Source: Orbicella franksi
Lineage: Eukaryota
NCBI GenBank assembly: GCA_964199315.1
Contig: OZ116701.1
Coordinates: 20,708,001 to 20,772,000 of the forward strand
Reading direction: 5' to 3'
DNA: 64,000 bases
Made by a program: the position numbers and the translations under genes. This document shows, in pieces, positions 50,727 to 61,849 of the stretch. The notes under the pieces were generated by a model. The model had not been told where the DNA came from and did no database searches. It saw only the letters and a program-made list of their open reading frames with translations. Position 1 is the first letter of the stretch; each line of letters begins with the position of its first letter.

Positions 50727-51642
50727 ATGTCTTCAGATGAGAACGACAATCTTTCCGCATCGGAACTATCATCTTCAACTGAATTTTCAGGCCTGAAAGA
50801 TGATGACCTTCGAGAACTGTTTGATACCGACAAAGAGGAAGATGAGTTTTCGGGTTTTGATTTTAATTTGCCTGAAAACATGCAGTGGGAGAGGCAGCGC
50901 TTCAATGGAAACATGTAACTGTTTACACTAAGACCTGCTCTCACAATCAACTTACCTGATTCCAGTAAGGCTGTTGACTTTTTCTCATTGTTTTTCACTG
51001 AGGAAATCTTCCGTAAAATGGTCGAATTTGCAAACAAGAACGCTCAGAAAAAGCGAGCACCAAATTGGCAACCGGTCACATCTGAAGAGCTGAAGGTATT
51101 TCTAGCTGTATTGATCATTACAAATGACATGATTGTTGTTCCACGCGACAAGCGATACTATTTGTCATCTTCAGAAACAAAGTTATTTCACATTCCAGGA
51201 GTGAAAAACGTTTTATGCTCTCAAAAACATTTCTTCCAATTAACATCATACATATTCTTTTGCGATCCAGACCATGAACAAATGGAGGAAGAGAAGAAAG
51301 ACCCTTTGTACAAAGTAAGAGGACTTTACCATGATATTGTTCAGAAATTCAAGAACCTTTTCAACTGTTCCCGTGAAATCTCCATCAATGAAGCGATGGT
51401 TCCTTTCAAAGGAAAGCTTTCCATTAAGGTGAGAATGCCAGATAAGCTGGTTAAATTTGGTGTGAAATTCTTTGAACTCTGCGATGCCAAGACTGGCTAT
51501 TGCAAAAATTTTTCAATCTATGCTGGGAAGGATGACAGAGAGACTGAGTGCTATTGGGAAGACTGGTAAGATTGTTCTGGATTTGGTGGCAGATCTACAC
51601 CATACAAACCATCATCTTTATGCTGACAATTTCTATACCTCT
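50727..51642 (+). pseudogene. piggyBac transposase remnant (5' part)
   Basis: Acidic N-terminus, DFFSLFFTEE, VTSEELKVFL, DPLYKVR, ISINEAMVPFKGK, KFGVKFFELCDAKTGY, LYADNFYTS. Stop, frameshift and truncation. Confidence 0.85.
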
Positions 51643-51742
51643 AGTTGAGGGTTTACATCTCCAGCTTTGGTGCATGTAGGATATTGCTGTACTGTTTATC
51701 CATTTTGCTGTGAGTACGGTATCTTTAGTTATTGATGCGTCA

Positions 51743-51745
<3 letters not shown>

Positions 51746-51775
<30 letters not shown>
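51746..51775. repeat. (AAT)10 microsatellite, possibly a retroelement tail
   Basis: Directly visible. Confidence 0.9.
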
Positions 51776-51776
<1 letters not shown>

Positions 51777-54700
51777 TGTCAATTAAAACCTATCATCATC
51801 CCAGCTGGCAAATGCATCTATAGTACTGCTCAGAAGTAAACTAACAGGAAAAGCGTCCCATGTCCATTACACACACATTCCCGCATCTGTTCTCTATCCT
51901 TCCCTCATCTATTCTGTATCCGTTCCGTCTCCATTCCATATCTGTTCTCTATTCGTTCCGAACTGTTTTGTTCCCGTTCCATTAGCGTTCCATCAGTAAG
52001 CATTGTAAGAACTCGTTCAGAGGAATGAGGTTTCCGAGAACCTGACACTAATTATTTGCATTTCATGAAATGGGTAAACTACTGCTTTATATGAGTATAC
52101 AAAAAGTAAACTTACATTGTCGTGGTGAAAATGTGAGTCCAATTAGTCGAAAAATACAAGATGGTATTGTAACTTCAAGGCTAGTAGTAAGTCTCAATCT
52201 GAAACAATTCAATGCGACCTGTAGTCTGTGTGATTGCCCGAGGAAAGGAACAAGTAACAAGCTTGCCAAGCACTTTTAATGCCATTGATGAAGAAATGCA
52301 AGCAAAACACGAACTTTCAGCTTTAATGTTAACATGAATACTTTGAGTGAGATTTGACACTGAGGTATCACCGAGAACTGTTTGGCCAATGTGGCGGAAA
52401 CTTGGCTGGAGGACAGGAGCAGTGTAAAGTACTACCAACAAGCCGAAGTGAGTGCAGTACTGTTTAAACATTTTGTAATACTTTTAGTGATGTAATTTTC
52501 ACAGGCAAATGTTCAGTTAAGATTGAATGTTATACTCACCTATCCTTCCACAAAGTTGGCAAACAATGCCGTATTTAAGGATCAACCAAACCATCCACAT
52601 GCATCAAGATTTTGTTTTGTTTCTTTTCATGCAGAAACCTTTCAGTCCCAGTCTTACTTGACTCATCCATCTTATTTGTCTATAGCTTGGGCTTGTTGAC
52701 AATAAAATGGCTGCAATGAACATGAAATGGACTAGATGATGCAGAGATGCTTCCTTCATGCGTGTAAAAAAATAAAAAAGACATGAGATGATTCATTCTG
52801 TCATTTTCTCAACATCGATGGGCCGGACAAAAAGTGGACCAACATATATTTAAAGTTCCATCATTTCTAAATCCCTGGTAAGCACTCTGATAAACTAGCA
52901 TGCATTCTGTAGAACATGTTCTCTTAGAGTTTGCATTCTAAAGAACACCTCTTCCATATTTTTGATCTGTTACCTTTCCGTATCCATTCCATTCCCATTC
53001 CGTAGACGTTCTGTACTCGTTCTGCACCTGTTCCCAAACCCATTCGGTATCCATTCTGCACCCCTTTGCAAATGTGTTTCCGCTTAAGTTACTTGTCAGC
53101 AGTACTGTATTCCTCATAAACTTCGAGTCCATTTGGTTGTGTAGTGCAGGCAAAATAAATGCACATATTACTTACTTATAGCTTACTTATTTAGTTTTGG
53201 TACAATTTAATAACAGAAAAATTAATAATTAATGACACCTAGTAACAATTCCTGTAGTCAACAATCTCAGTGGACAAAAGATGCATATATCGAGTTCCCC
53301 AACAGTTTGACCCCCACTGTCTAGTATTAGCCCTCAAGATGGCCTCTATGTTTTCAAAGGGAGAAAACATCAAGAACTTTTTGAGAACCGACGAGCAAAG
53401 AAACATTTTTTTCAAAGAAAAGGTTTTGCAAGCAGATCAGGAGAGTGTCACCTTCCTGCTGACCATTTAAAGTGACATATTTAGATGTTCTCTGCAAGCA
53501 CCCTGAGTTTGAAGGACATCAATTAGTGGTGTTTGGCAGCGAAGCCAACTTAAGCATTTTCTACCACACGAATTTGAAAGCCCTGGAAAACCTCTCCATC
53601 TGCTTTACAGCCCAAATCATTTCAAAGTCATATAATCGGTTCCTGCTCTACTGGACAAGACATGTGGTTCCATTGTCACAAATGCGACAAGTAAAACACC
53701 AGGAAACGACACAGATGCTTTTTCGTGCAACATGTGCAAAGGTTGGTACAGTGATTCCAAGGATCCCTGTTCTCTACCAGTAACATGTGAAGATTGCAAC
53801 TACACCTTTCATGGGCAGAGATGTTCCGAAACCCACAAGGCACCTTACACTGACACCACTTTTGACACCCCAACCTGCAGCAGAATATGTGGTTGTTCCA
53901 CATGCAACCGCGACCTCAAGATCATAGACAACCAAAAGAGAAAAGTCAGCTTCTAGAAGCGTCCTCACGTGCTTAAAGACCTTCTGTTATAGTTGCAAGG
54001 GAAATGTAGATAAATCCACCCACCTGTGATTTTTACAACGTAAGAACAAAGAAGAATTTAGGAAGCAGTTCGAAAAGAGAGGCATTTTCATATTTCTAGA
54101 CATGGGAGACTCTCCAGACTGATGATGAAAGTCTGATACCAAACCTCATAGAGGTCCAAGACGAGCACACCCACAAATGGGTATTTAAGGGCTTTGAAGC
54201 TGTAGACGATTTTGCAAAAAGTGCATTCAGCCAAGACGGAGAACTGTCCCGTGCCACACTGGGAAAACATTAATTTGCCAGTTTTTTGCTCCCAACAGAA
54301 GCCGTTTTGACTACTTCCCTTTCATAGACAAGATAGGGCATTACACTGAAAAGACTCCTCAGGATATTTGATGGCTCCTCCTTCTCCTCGAGAAAGGCAT
54401 GATATTTATGGATTCTCTTTGTTTCCTACCCATGAGGTTAGCCAACATGCCGAACACTTTTGGCATCACAGAGGTTGCAAAGGGATTCTTCCAGTACAGA
54501 CTCAACACTCTAGAATTGTGAGACAAGTACATGCCCAAGCCAGAGAATAAAGATTTTGAGCCTGACTGATGCCTGCTTCTAAGCATTCAGAAATTTTAGA
54601 ATGGCACAGGACTGCAATAGAACGATATCTGCAGAGAACAGAACTCATAGATGCTGGACAAAACATGTTTTGCACCTACAACTAATTTGAAGAGAACCTT

Positions 54701-56315
54701 AAGTACTTCCTTGACGATGTAAGAGTATTGCATGTGTGCATTACACTGTTTTTTTTTCTACGCCTGCATGGAGACTACTGGTATCATGCCTGGAATTGAT
54801 AACCTCAACATAGCATCCTGTTGCAACCTCAATCGGAAGACAAAATTCCTAGAACCTGGCATGGTCAGTCTTGTTCTACATAGAGGGTACATGCACAAAG
54901 ATATGCAGGACATAGCACTCTGTTGGCTCAAGTTTCTGGACATCTGTCATTTTGGGGGGCAGCTAGAATACGTGGGGAAGAATAGCGGAGAACACACATC
55001 AGAGATGCCACAATTAAGGAAGACAGGAAACTCCCCAACACAAACATCACCTTTGAGTTCCACAGTTGAGAGTGGCACAAATGCCCCAAGTGCTACTCGC
55101 TCAACAAAGTCACTAGTGACAGGTAGGATGATGGGTAACTTGCATGCTAACACAATGAGCAGAAGAGGGCATTTACGCCAGGCAGGCTACAAAGTGGAAT
55201 CAACATTTGAATGGGAATATCACAAGAAACTGGCTGAAAGAGAGATGGCAGAAACGTATGCAACCTATGTGGTTGAGGACATGGTTGAGGTGAGAGACCC
55301 ATTGGATCCTAGAATAGCCTTGTTCAGAGGAAGAGTCAATTCTTACAGAATGCTGTTCAAATCGTTTGATCATCAATGACCATCCTCAGAGCCTCTGGTT
55401 TGGGAAAGATTTATGAAACGATGTCCAAGATACCTTGACAACACCTCCATCTACCCGTTTGTAAGCAAAATGGGAATATATCTCATGGGACATCCAGAGA
55501 TTTTGCATAACTGTGAGTTCTGGACTACCCCCGCTACTCTATTCTGGTCTGATGCACTGCAGTGTTCACAACCAGAGACCTCTTCCACCCAGTTTTACCA
55601 TGCCGAATTAGAAACCCTGAGAGCTCTGCACCTAAACTTATGTTTCTGCTATGTCGTAAATGTGCAGAAAAAGCAAATTTCCAACTGAACAATTGCATTC
55701 ACTCAAAAAAAGAGAGAGCTATTGAGGGAGTCTGGAAAAAAGACGAAATTGCTCTTGCGCTAGGGGAGAAGTATTCAATATTGTAAGTTTTTGAAGTCTA
55801 GAATTATACTAGGAGAAAAAATATCTTTGCAGACTCTATTAAAATGTTTCTGAAAAGCAAGCAAGAGGCTGCACGCTGCCTAATGCATGCATAAGTCCAG
55901 GAAAGTGCAGAAAGCACATCAACAACTATGAAAAAGCTGGTGTGCCATCGCGGATCAGGGAGACTAAAAACAAGGTACTGTACGATCTCAATAAGAAATG
56001 TCTAAACAGTTTCTGGGGCAAGAGGGCTGTAAATCAAGAACAGAGGCAAACCAAACTGATGCATGAACCTTCAACCTTTTATCATTTTCTTGGTGACAAA
56101 GGTCTAAAAGACAAGAAGTTTGCCAAAGTCAACAATGAGACCCTCATGGTGCATTGGAGAGAAAACCATTTTGAACTTGGGGGCAGCTAGAAGGGCAGCA
56201 TTGAGTACGTAGTGTTCACTAATTGTCTGGCGTGAATTTACCTCTATAGGACACTTTTGAAACCCATAGGTGAACGTGTCAGGTAATGTGACACGGATTC
56301 ATGCATGTTTGTTGC

Positions 56316-56435
56316 TGTCATGTTTAAGCTTGCATAAATTAGAATACATTATGTTGCACGTGACGAGTGGTGTTGTTGAATAAACGAATTCAAGATGTCA
56401 CTGTGTGCGTCCGAGTCTAAGTGACAAACATTACA
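56316..56435 (+). repeat. Gypsy 5' LTR
   Basis: 117/120 identical to 60640-60759; contains AATAAA. Confidence 0.97.
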
Positions 56436-56448
56436 TGGTACCAGGAGT
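56436..56448 (+). promoter_or_regulatory. Primer-binding site, probably tRNA-Leu
   Basis: TGGTACCAGGAGT lies immediately after the LTR and is complementary to a tRNA 3' end ACTCCTGGTACCA. The tRNA-Leu(UAA) match is from memory. Confidence 0.7.
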
Positions 56449-56451
56449 AAA

Positions 56452-59400
56452 ATGGATTCGTTCAAGCCTCCGGAAGCTTTGTCGCTTCAAGGAAATCCAA
56501 GTGAAAATTGGAGAAGATGGGTCCAACAATTCGACCTTTATCTGACGGCGTCTGGCAAAATAAAAGAAGACGAGAAAGTTCAGTGCACGATCCTGCTTCA
56601 CGTGATCGGTGAAGAAGCGCTGGAAATTTATAATACCTTTAAGTTTGCTACTGGTGAGGATCCAAACAAGATTGCTCATCTTAAGAAGTTTGAGGAGTAT
56701 GTCAACCGGAGAAAGAACACTGTGTTTGAAAGATATCGATTTTGGGAATGCAAACAGCAAGAAGGCGAGACAATTGATCAGTTTATCACCGAGCTGAAAA
56801 CACGTGCAAAGTCCTGTGAATTTGGCGATCAGCATGACCTCATGATCCGCGACCGAATTGTGTTTGGTGTGAGAGATACCCGACTGAAAGAACGACTGCT
56901 CCGTGAATCGTCAGACCTTACCCTAGAAAAAGCAGCAAGTGTTTGCAGAGCCGGCGAAGCAAGCTCGAGTCAAATAAAGGAATTGGAAGATTCTGACAAG
57001 AGCGTTCCAGTTCATTGGGTCGGAAACAAGTTCAATTTAAGGCGTCCAAAACCGCCGCGTCCTAAATTACCGTTCAACTGTTCGAAGTGTGGTACTAAGC
57101 ATCTACCAAAGTCATGTCCTGCGTTTGGAAAGCTTTGTCTTGTTTGTAAAGGAAAAGATCATTTCGCCAGAGTTTGTCCGCAAATGAAATCTTCCGTACA
57201 CGTAGTCACTCCGAGCGATCAAGGCGCCATTGGTGGAGTCGAATTAGAAGTTCAATCAGATAATGGAGATCAAGAATTATTTATTGGAACAGTGACTAGT
57301 GCACCGCCTGTCGAAGACTCGGCTTGGTTTACGAATTTACGTGTCGGCGGAACACCGATTAAATTCAAACTGGACACAGGAGCCGAAGCGAATGTGTTGC
57401 CACTCAGTGTATACTTGAAACTCAGAAATAAGTCACCGCTTTCGGAAACCAGCGTCATTCTCTCATCTTATGGAGACTTCAAGGTTAAACCTGAAGGCAC
57501 ACTAAACTTACACTGTGAAGCTCGTGGAATGAAAGAAAACCTGCCATTTTTTGTCGCCGCTGTTGAGTCACCACCGATTTTGGGACTTTCAGCTTGCCAA
57601 AAATTAAATTTGGTCAGAAGAGTAGAGAGTGTTGCCCAGGCACCACTCACAAAGGAAGAAATTTTGGATGAGTTTCCTGACGTCTTTACTGGACTGGGCT
57701 GTATGGAAGGCAGTTATCACATTGAATTGGATGATACAGTTGAGCCTGTCATTCACCCACCACGGCGAGTGCCATATAGTCTGCTTGAGAAGCTGAAAGA
57801 AAAACTCCAGGAGCTAGAAGAGAAAGATGTTATTCAGAAAGTGGACAGACCCACCCCGTGGGTTAACAGTCTCGTCATTGTGGAGAAACGTGATGGGTCC
57901 CTATGCCTGTGTTTAGACCCCAGAGATCTTAACAAGGCAATTCGCCGAGAGCACCACAGGATTCCAACTGCAGAAGACATAGCAAGTCGTCTAAGTGGCA
58001 AGAAAGTTTTCTCCATAGTGGATGAAAAGGATGGTTTCTGGCCAGTGTGTCTAGATGATGAAAGTTCTCACCTCTGCACATTCAACACTCTGTATGGCCG
58101 TTATCGCTTTAAAAGAATGCCATTTGGTATAAGTTCAGCACCAGAGGTTTTTCAGAAAAAGAATGAATCCATATTTGGAGACATTGATGGTGTGGAAGTC
58201 ATATTTGATGACATAATTATCGCTGCTAAAGATGAGTTTGAGCATGATACACTCATGAGAAAGCTTTTGCTAAGGGCACGAGAAGCGAAAGTTAAGTTCA
58301 ACCCAGCAAAGCTCCAGTACAAAGTCAGTGAAGTCAAGTACATGGGGAACATTGTGTCTGAATCAGGATTGAAGCCAGATGTTGAGAAAGTGCGAGCCAT
58401 AGTTCAAATGCCATTACCCCAGAACAGAGAAGAGCTGCGGAGATTCTTGGGAATGGTGAACTATTTTTCTCAGTTTATTCCTAATCAGTCAGAAGCTACT
58501 GCCCCCTTGCGAAGCCTGTTGAAGAAAGATGTAGTTTGGATCTGGTCACATGAGCACACACAGGCAGTGGAGCATCTAAAGGAGATCCTGTCAAGTCAGC
58601 CTGTTTTAAAGTTCTTTGATCCTTCTAAGCCAGTCAATTTGCAAGTGGATGCCTCTAAGTCAGGTCTAGGAGCATGCATTCTCCAGGATGGCCACCCAAT
58701 TGCCTACGCATCAAGATCTCTCACCCAAGCAGAAGTAAACTACACCCAAATAGAGAAAGAACTTCTTGCAGTGGTATTTGGCTGCAAGAGATTCAATCAT
58801 TATGTTTATGGTAGACCAGTAGATGTTATGTCAGACCATAAACCACTGGTATCAATCACAAAGAAGCCACTGGTTAATTCTTCTCCAAGGCTTCAACGCC
58901 TGCTTCTGAGACTTCAGAAGTATGAAGTCAACATCTCTTATGTTCCAGGCAAATACATGTATGTAGCAGATACACTCTCAAGAGCCTTTCTGAATGAGCA
59001 GCCTACAGATGATGATTTGAACAATGACATGGAGGTGATGGTCCATAGCCTCATTACAAATCTTCCCATGACCCAGGAGAAATTGGCACAAATGAAGTCT
59101 GCAACAGCACAAGATGAAGACCTTCAGAAATTATGTACAGTTGTTAAGAATGGTTGGCCTTCCCACAGAAGCCAATTGCCTGCATCAATTGCCCATTACT
59201 GGAGTCTTCGTAGTGAAATTCATGAAGTAGAAGGCCTGTTGTTCCTTGGCCAGAGGCTCATAATCCCACAAGATATGAGACAAGCTGTCCTGAATTGTAT
59301 CCATGAGAGTCACCTTGGTATTGAAAAGTGTAAGTCAAGGGCCAGAGCTGTAGTCTATTGGCCAGGCATGTCTACTGCAATTGAGAGACTGGTGGTTAAA

Positions 59401-60393
59401 TGCCCAGTGTGTCTCAAGTATCAAAGAGAGAACCAGAAAGAGCCTCTCCTGCCTCATGAAGTTCCCCAGAGACCATGGCAGAAGCTTGGTGCAGACATAT
59501 TTGAACTGAACACTAACTCTTATTTAGTTGTGGTTGACTACTACTCTAAATATCCGGAACTTTGTCTTATGAAAGACAAGACAGCTAGCTCTGTTATAAC
59601 TAGCATGAAATCAATTTATGCCAGACATGGTATTCCAGATGAAGTTGTTGCCGACAACATGCCCTTCTCAAGCAAGGCTTTCCGTAATTTTGCACGTGAG
59701 TGGGGATTTGAAATCTCCACATCAAGTCCCAGATACCCACAGTCCAATGGGATGAGTGAAAGAGCAATCCAGACCATCAAGAATTTACTTAGAAAGGCTT
59801 GTGCAGACGGAAATGACCCCTACATTGCTCTACTGGAGTACAGGAACACACCCATCTCTGGACTTAAGGAGTCACCTGCTCAGCTGTTAATGAGTCGCAT
59901 GTTGAAGTCCAAACTACCTACTGTGGAGTCTCTCTTGAAACCTCAAGTGGTTGATAGCCCCCAACAGAAGCTGCAACAGCGGAGTGATAAGCAGAAGATG
60001 TACTATGACCGGAATGCTAAGCAGCTGCCGAGTATTAAGGGGGGTGAAACAGCTAGAATAAGAAAAGGAAAGACTTGGGAGCCTGCCATCGTTACTGCAC
60101 AACATAGTGCTCCAAGATCCTACATAGTTGCAACACCTGATGGTACCACCTACCGACGAAACCGTCATCACCTGCTCCCAACAGTCGAGTCGCCTCCACT
60201 GATCGCAGGACCAGCTATTGATGGGCCAGGCGTGCCTGTAGTAGCCGAACCGCCAGTTGCCATCCCACCACCTGATGCTGCCATGCCCTCCCTAAACTCA
60301 TCCAGCCATTGCAGTCCTCAGACACAGCGTACTTCCAGCGGCCGAACTGTCAGATTACCAGCAAGATTCAGAGAGGACTATGTTATGAACTGA
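56452..60393 (+). CDS. Gypsy Gag-Pol polyprotein, 1313 aa
   Basis: Zn knuckles; protease KLDTGAEAN; RT LDPRDLNKAI, MPFGI, IFDDII; RNase H VDAS, EKELLAV, DHKPL; integrase HHCC, ADIFE, ADN, SNGMSE. Confidence 0.95.
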   Translation: MDSFKPPEALSLQGNPSENWRRWVQQFDLYLTASGKIKEDEKVQCTILLHVIGEEALEIYNTFKFATGEDPNKIAHLKKFEEYVNRRKNTVFERYRFWECKQQEGETIDQFITELKTRAKSCEFGDQHDLMIRDRIVFGVRDTRLKERLLRESSDLTLEKAASVCRAGEASSSQIKELEDSDKSVPVHWVGNKFNLRRPKPPRPKLPFNCSKCGTKHLPKSCPAFGKLCLVCKGKDHFARVCPQMKSSVHVVTPSDQGAIGGVELEVQSDNGDQELFIGTVTSAPPVEDSAWFTNLRVGGTPIKFKLDTGAEANVLPLSVYLKLRNKSPLSETSVILSSYGDFKVKPEGTLNLHCEARGMKENLPFFVAAVESPPILGLSACQKLNLVRRVESVAQAPLTKEEILDEFPDVFTGLGCMEGSYHIELDDTVEPVIHPPRRVPYSLLEKLKEKLQELEEKDVIQKVDRPTPWVNSLVIVEKRDGSLCLCLDPRDLNKAIRREHHRIPTAEDIASRLSGKKVFSIVDEKDGFWPVCLDDESSHLCTFNTLYGRYRFKRMPFGISSAPEVFQKKNESIFGDIDGVEVIFDDIIIAAKDEFEHDTLMRKLLLRAREAKVKFNPAKLQYKVSEVKYMGNIVSESGLKPDVEKVRAIVQMPLPQNREELRRFLGMVNYFSQFIPNQSEATAPLRSLLKKDVVWIWSHEHTQAVEHLKEILSSQPVLKFFDPSKPVNLQVDASKSGLGACILQDGHPIAYASRSLTQAEVNYTQIEKELLAVVFGCKRFNHYVYGRPVDVMSDHKPLVSITKKPLVNSSPRLQRLLLRLQKYEVNISYVPGKYMYVADTLSRAFLNEQPTDDDLNNDMEVMVHSLITNLPMTQEKLAQMKSATAQDEDLQKLCTVVKNGWPSHRSQLPASIAHYWSLRSEIHEVEGLLFLGQRLIIPQDMRQAVLNCIHESHLGIEKCKSRARAVVYWPGMSTAIERLVVKCPVCLKYQRENQKEPLLPHEVPQRPWQKLGADIFELNTNSYLVVVDYYSKYPELCLMKDKTASSVITSMKSIYARHGIPDEVVADNMPFSSKAFRNFAREWGFEISTSSPRYPQSNGMSERAIQTIKNLLRKACADGNDPYIALLEYRNTPISGLKESPAQLLMSRMLKSKLPTVESLLKPQVVDSPQQKLQQRSDKQKMYYDRNAKQLPSIKGGETARIRKGKTWEPAIVTAQHSAPRSYIVATPDGTTYRRNRHHLLPTVESPPLIAGPAIDGPGVPVVAEPPVAIPPPDAAMPSLNSSSHCSPQTQRTSSGRTVRLPARFREDYVMN

Positions 60394-60639
60394 ACTGTCC
60401 ACACTCAGTAACCAGACATTGAATCAGACTGTTTTGTTTTTTTTTTATTTGCTTACTACTAGGCTGTGTTATTGTTGGTTATGGGGAAGTTCCAGTTAAT
60501 AGTGACAACAGTGTGGAACAGACATTTTTAGCAATTTTCTCTGAATTGTTGTCACATAACTTGTTGACCTACTTTGTTATTCCTTTGTTTTCTTTTGTTT
60601 TCGGTTTTGTTTATTTTTTTTTTTTATTGGAAAGGAAGA

Positions 60640-60759
60640 TGTCATGTTTAAGCTTGCATAAATTAGAATACATTATGTTGCACGTGACGAGTGGTGTTGT
60701 TGAATAAACGAATTCAAGATGTCGCTGTCTGCGTCCGAGTCTTAGTGACAAACATTACA
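60640..60759 (+). repeat. Gypsy 3' LTR, preceded by PPT GGAAAGGAAGA
   Basis: Matches the 5' LTR and is followed by the TSD. Confidence 0.97.
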
Positions 60760-61849
60760 GTTGCTGAAGAGGGTCTTCAAGGTCTGTCCACATACAATTT
60801 TCTTGGTGAACTTAAAGATGAACTGGACGGGTCAGCCCAAGTTGTCATTGGAGAATGGGTCTGTGGGGCCCCTAAAAACAACGGCTATTCTTCCTAAAAC
60901 CTGCACAAGGACAGGTTTGATGATGATTTCCAGAAGAATCAACAATCATGGTTTAGTGAACATGATGGGTGTAACAGAATAGTCAACTTTGGCAAATCAC
61001 ATGACCTTATCCTAGTCTTACAAAGGAAGTTCCTGTGAGCACAACCCATTGAAGGAGACAGTTACTTCAAATTTGCTTCTTCTTACTCAAAACTCAGTTT
61101 CAACCAATTCACAATTAACAAGGGTGCTCAAAAGGATGGTGTTTTGGATAAGAAATTGAGCATAACCAACAAAGTGCAAGAAAAGCAGTAGAGTACAGGG
61201 GGTTTTTCATAAGCGGGTCATCAACAAGAAAACCTTCAGGACTTTCCCTTTCGGGTATAGAAAGGGTGTCTAAAAGAGTGTCTTAACAGGTGCCTGAGAA
61301 GGTGTCCAATCCATCATTTTGATCTTTCCAGCAGTTGAAGAACGTGATGGTGAACAGGTCATTGTGGGAATGGTTAGACCACTTTGGATAGACTAATCAG
61401 CATCTGCTGTTGATACACTGGAGGAAATGAAGACAGAATCAACAACAACAACCAGAGGAACACGGTGAAGGTAGAGGATGACTCGCTGCACTGGCCAGAA
61501 TGTGAGCATGTGTTGGAACAAAATGTAGAGAATTCCTTCTCAACAACCCCACAGATGAATCTTCTGATGAGACAAATTTGGAAAATGAAAACAGTGGACC
61601 TAAAAAGAAAGGGACTATTGCTAATATACCTCACTAAAAGCATGCTTTCCGCAATCTGTCTCTTTTTAAGATGAAATGAAACAGACTTAAAGGAACAAGT
61701 TCTCATCTGAATTTATAAGTAGTAAATGTAAGGAATTAATAACCGCATTGCCAGAAATGTCAAACTAGAATTTTGTCTGCTTCAATCTACTCCATTCATT
61801 ATAGAAAATGTGTGGCGACAAGTTTTAAATTATACAAAACTATTTCACT

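Larger units (their letters stand above)
56316..60759 (+). mobile_element. Gypsy/Ty3 LTR retrotransposon, young and structurally complete
   Basis: 120-bp TG..CA LTRs with 3 mismatches. TSD GTTGC at 56311-56315 and 60760-60764. PBS, PPT and a single gag-pol ORF. Confidence 0.97.
53270..61260 (+). pseudogene. Polinton/Maverick remnant B: heavily decayed protein-primed DNA polymerase B, split by a Gypsy element
   Basis: Cys-rich N-terminal region, DPRIALFRGRVN, YLDNTSIYPF, CLNSFWGK and DTDS before the Gypsy element. After it: FLGELKDEL, WVCGAPK and terminal HKRVINKKTFRTFPFGY*. Confidence 0.75.

Noticed and set aside
52070-52471. Possible Polinton capsid or other gene fragment
   Set aside because: I could not match any motif in six frames with confidence.
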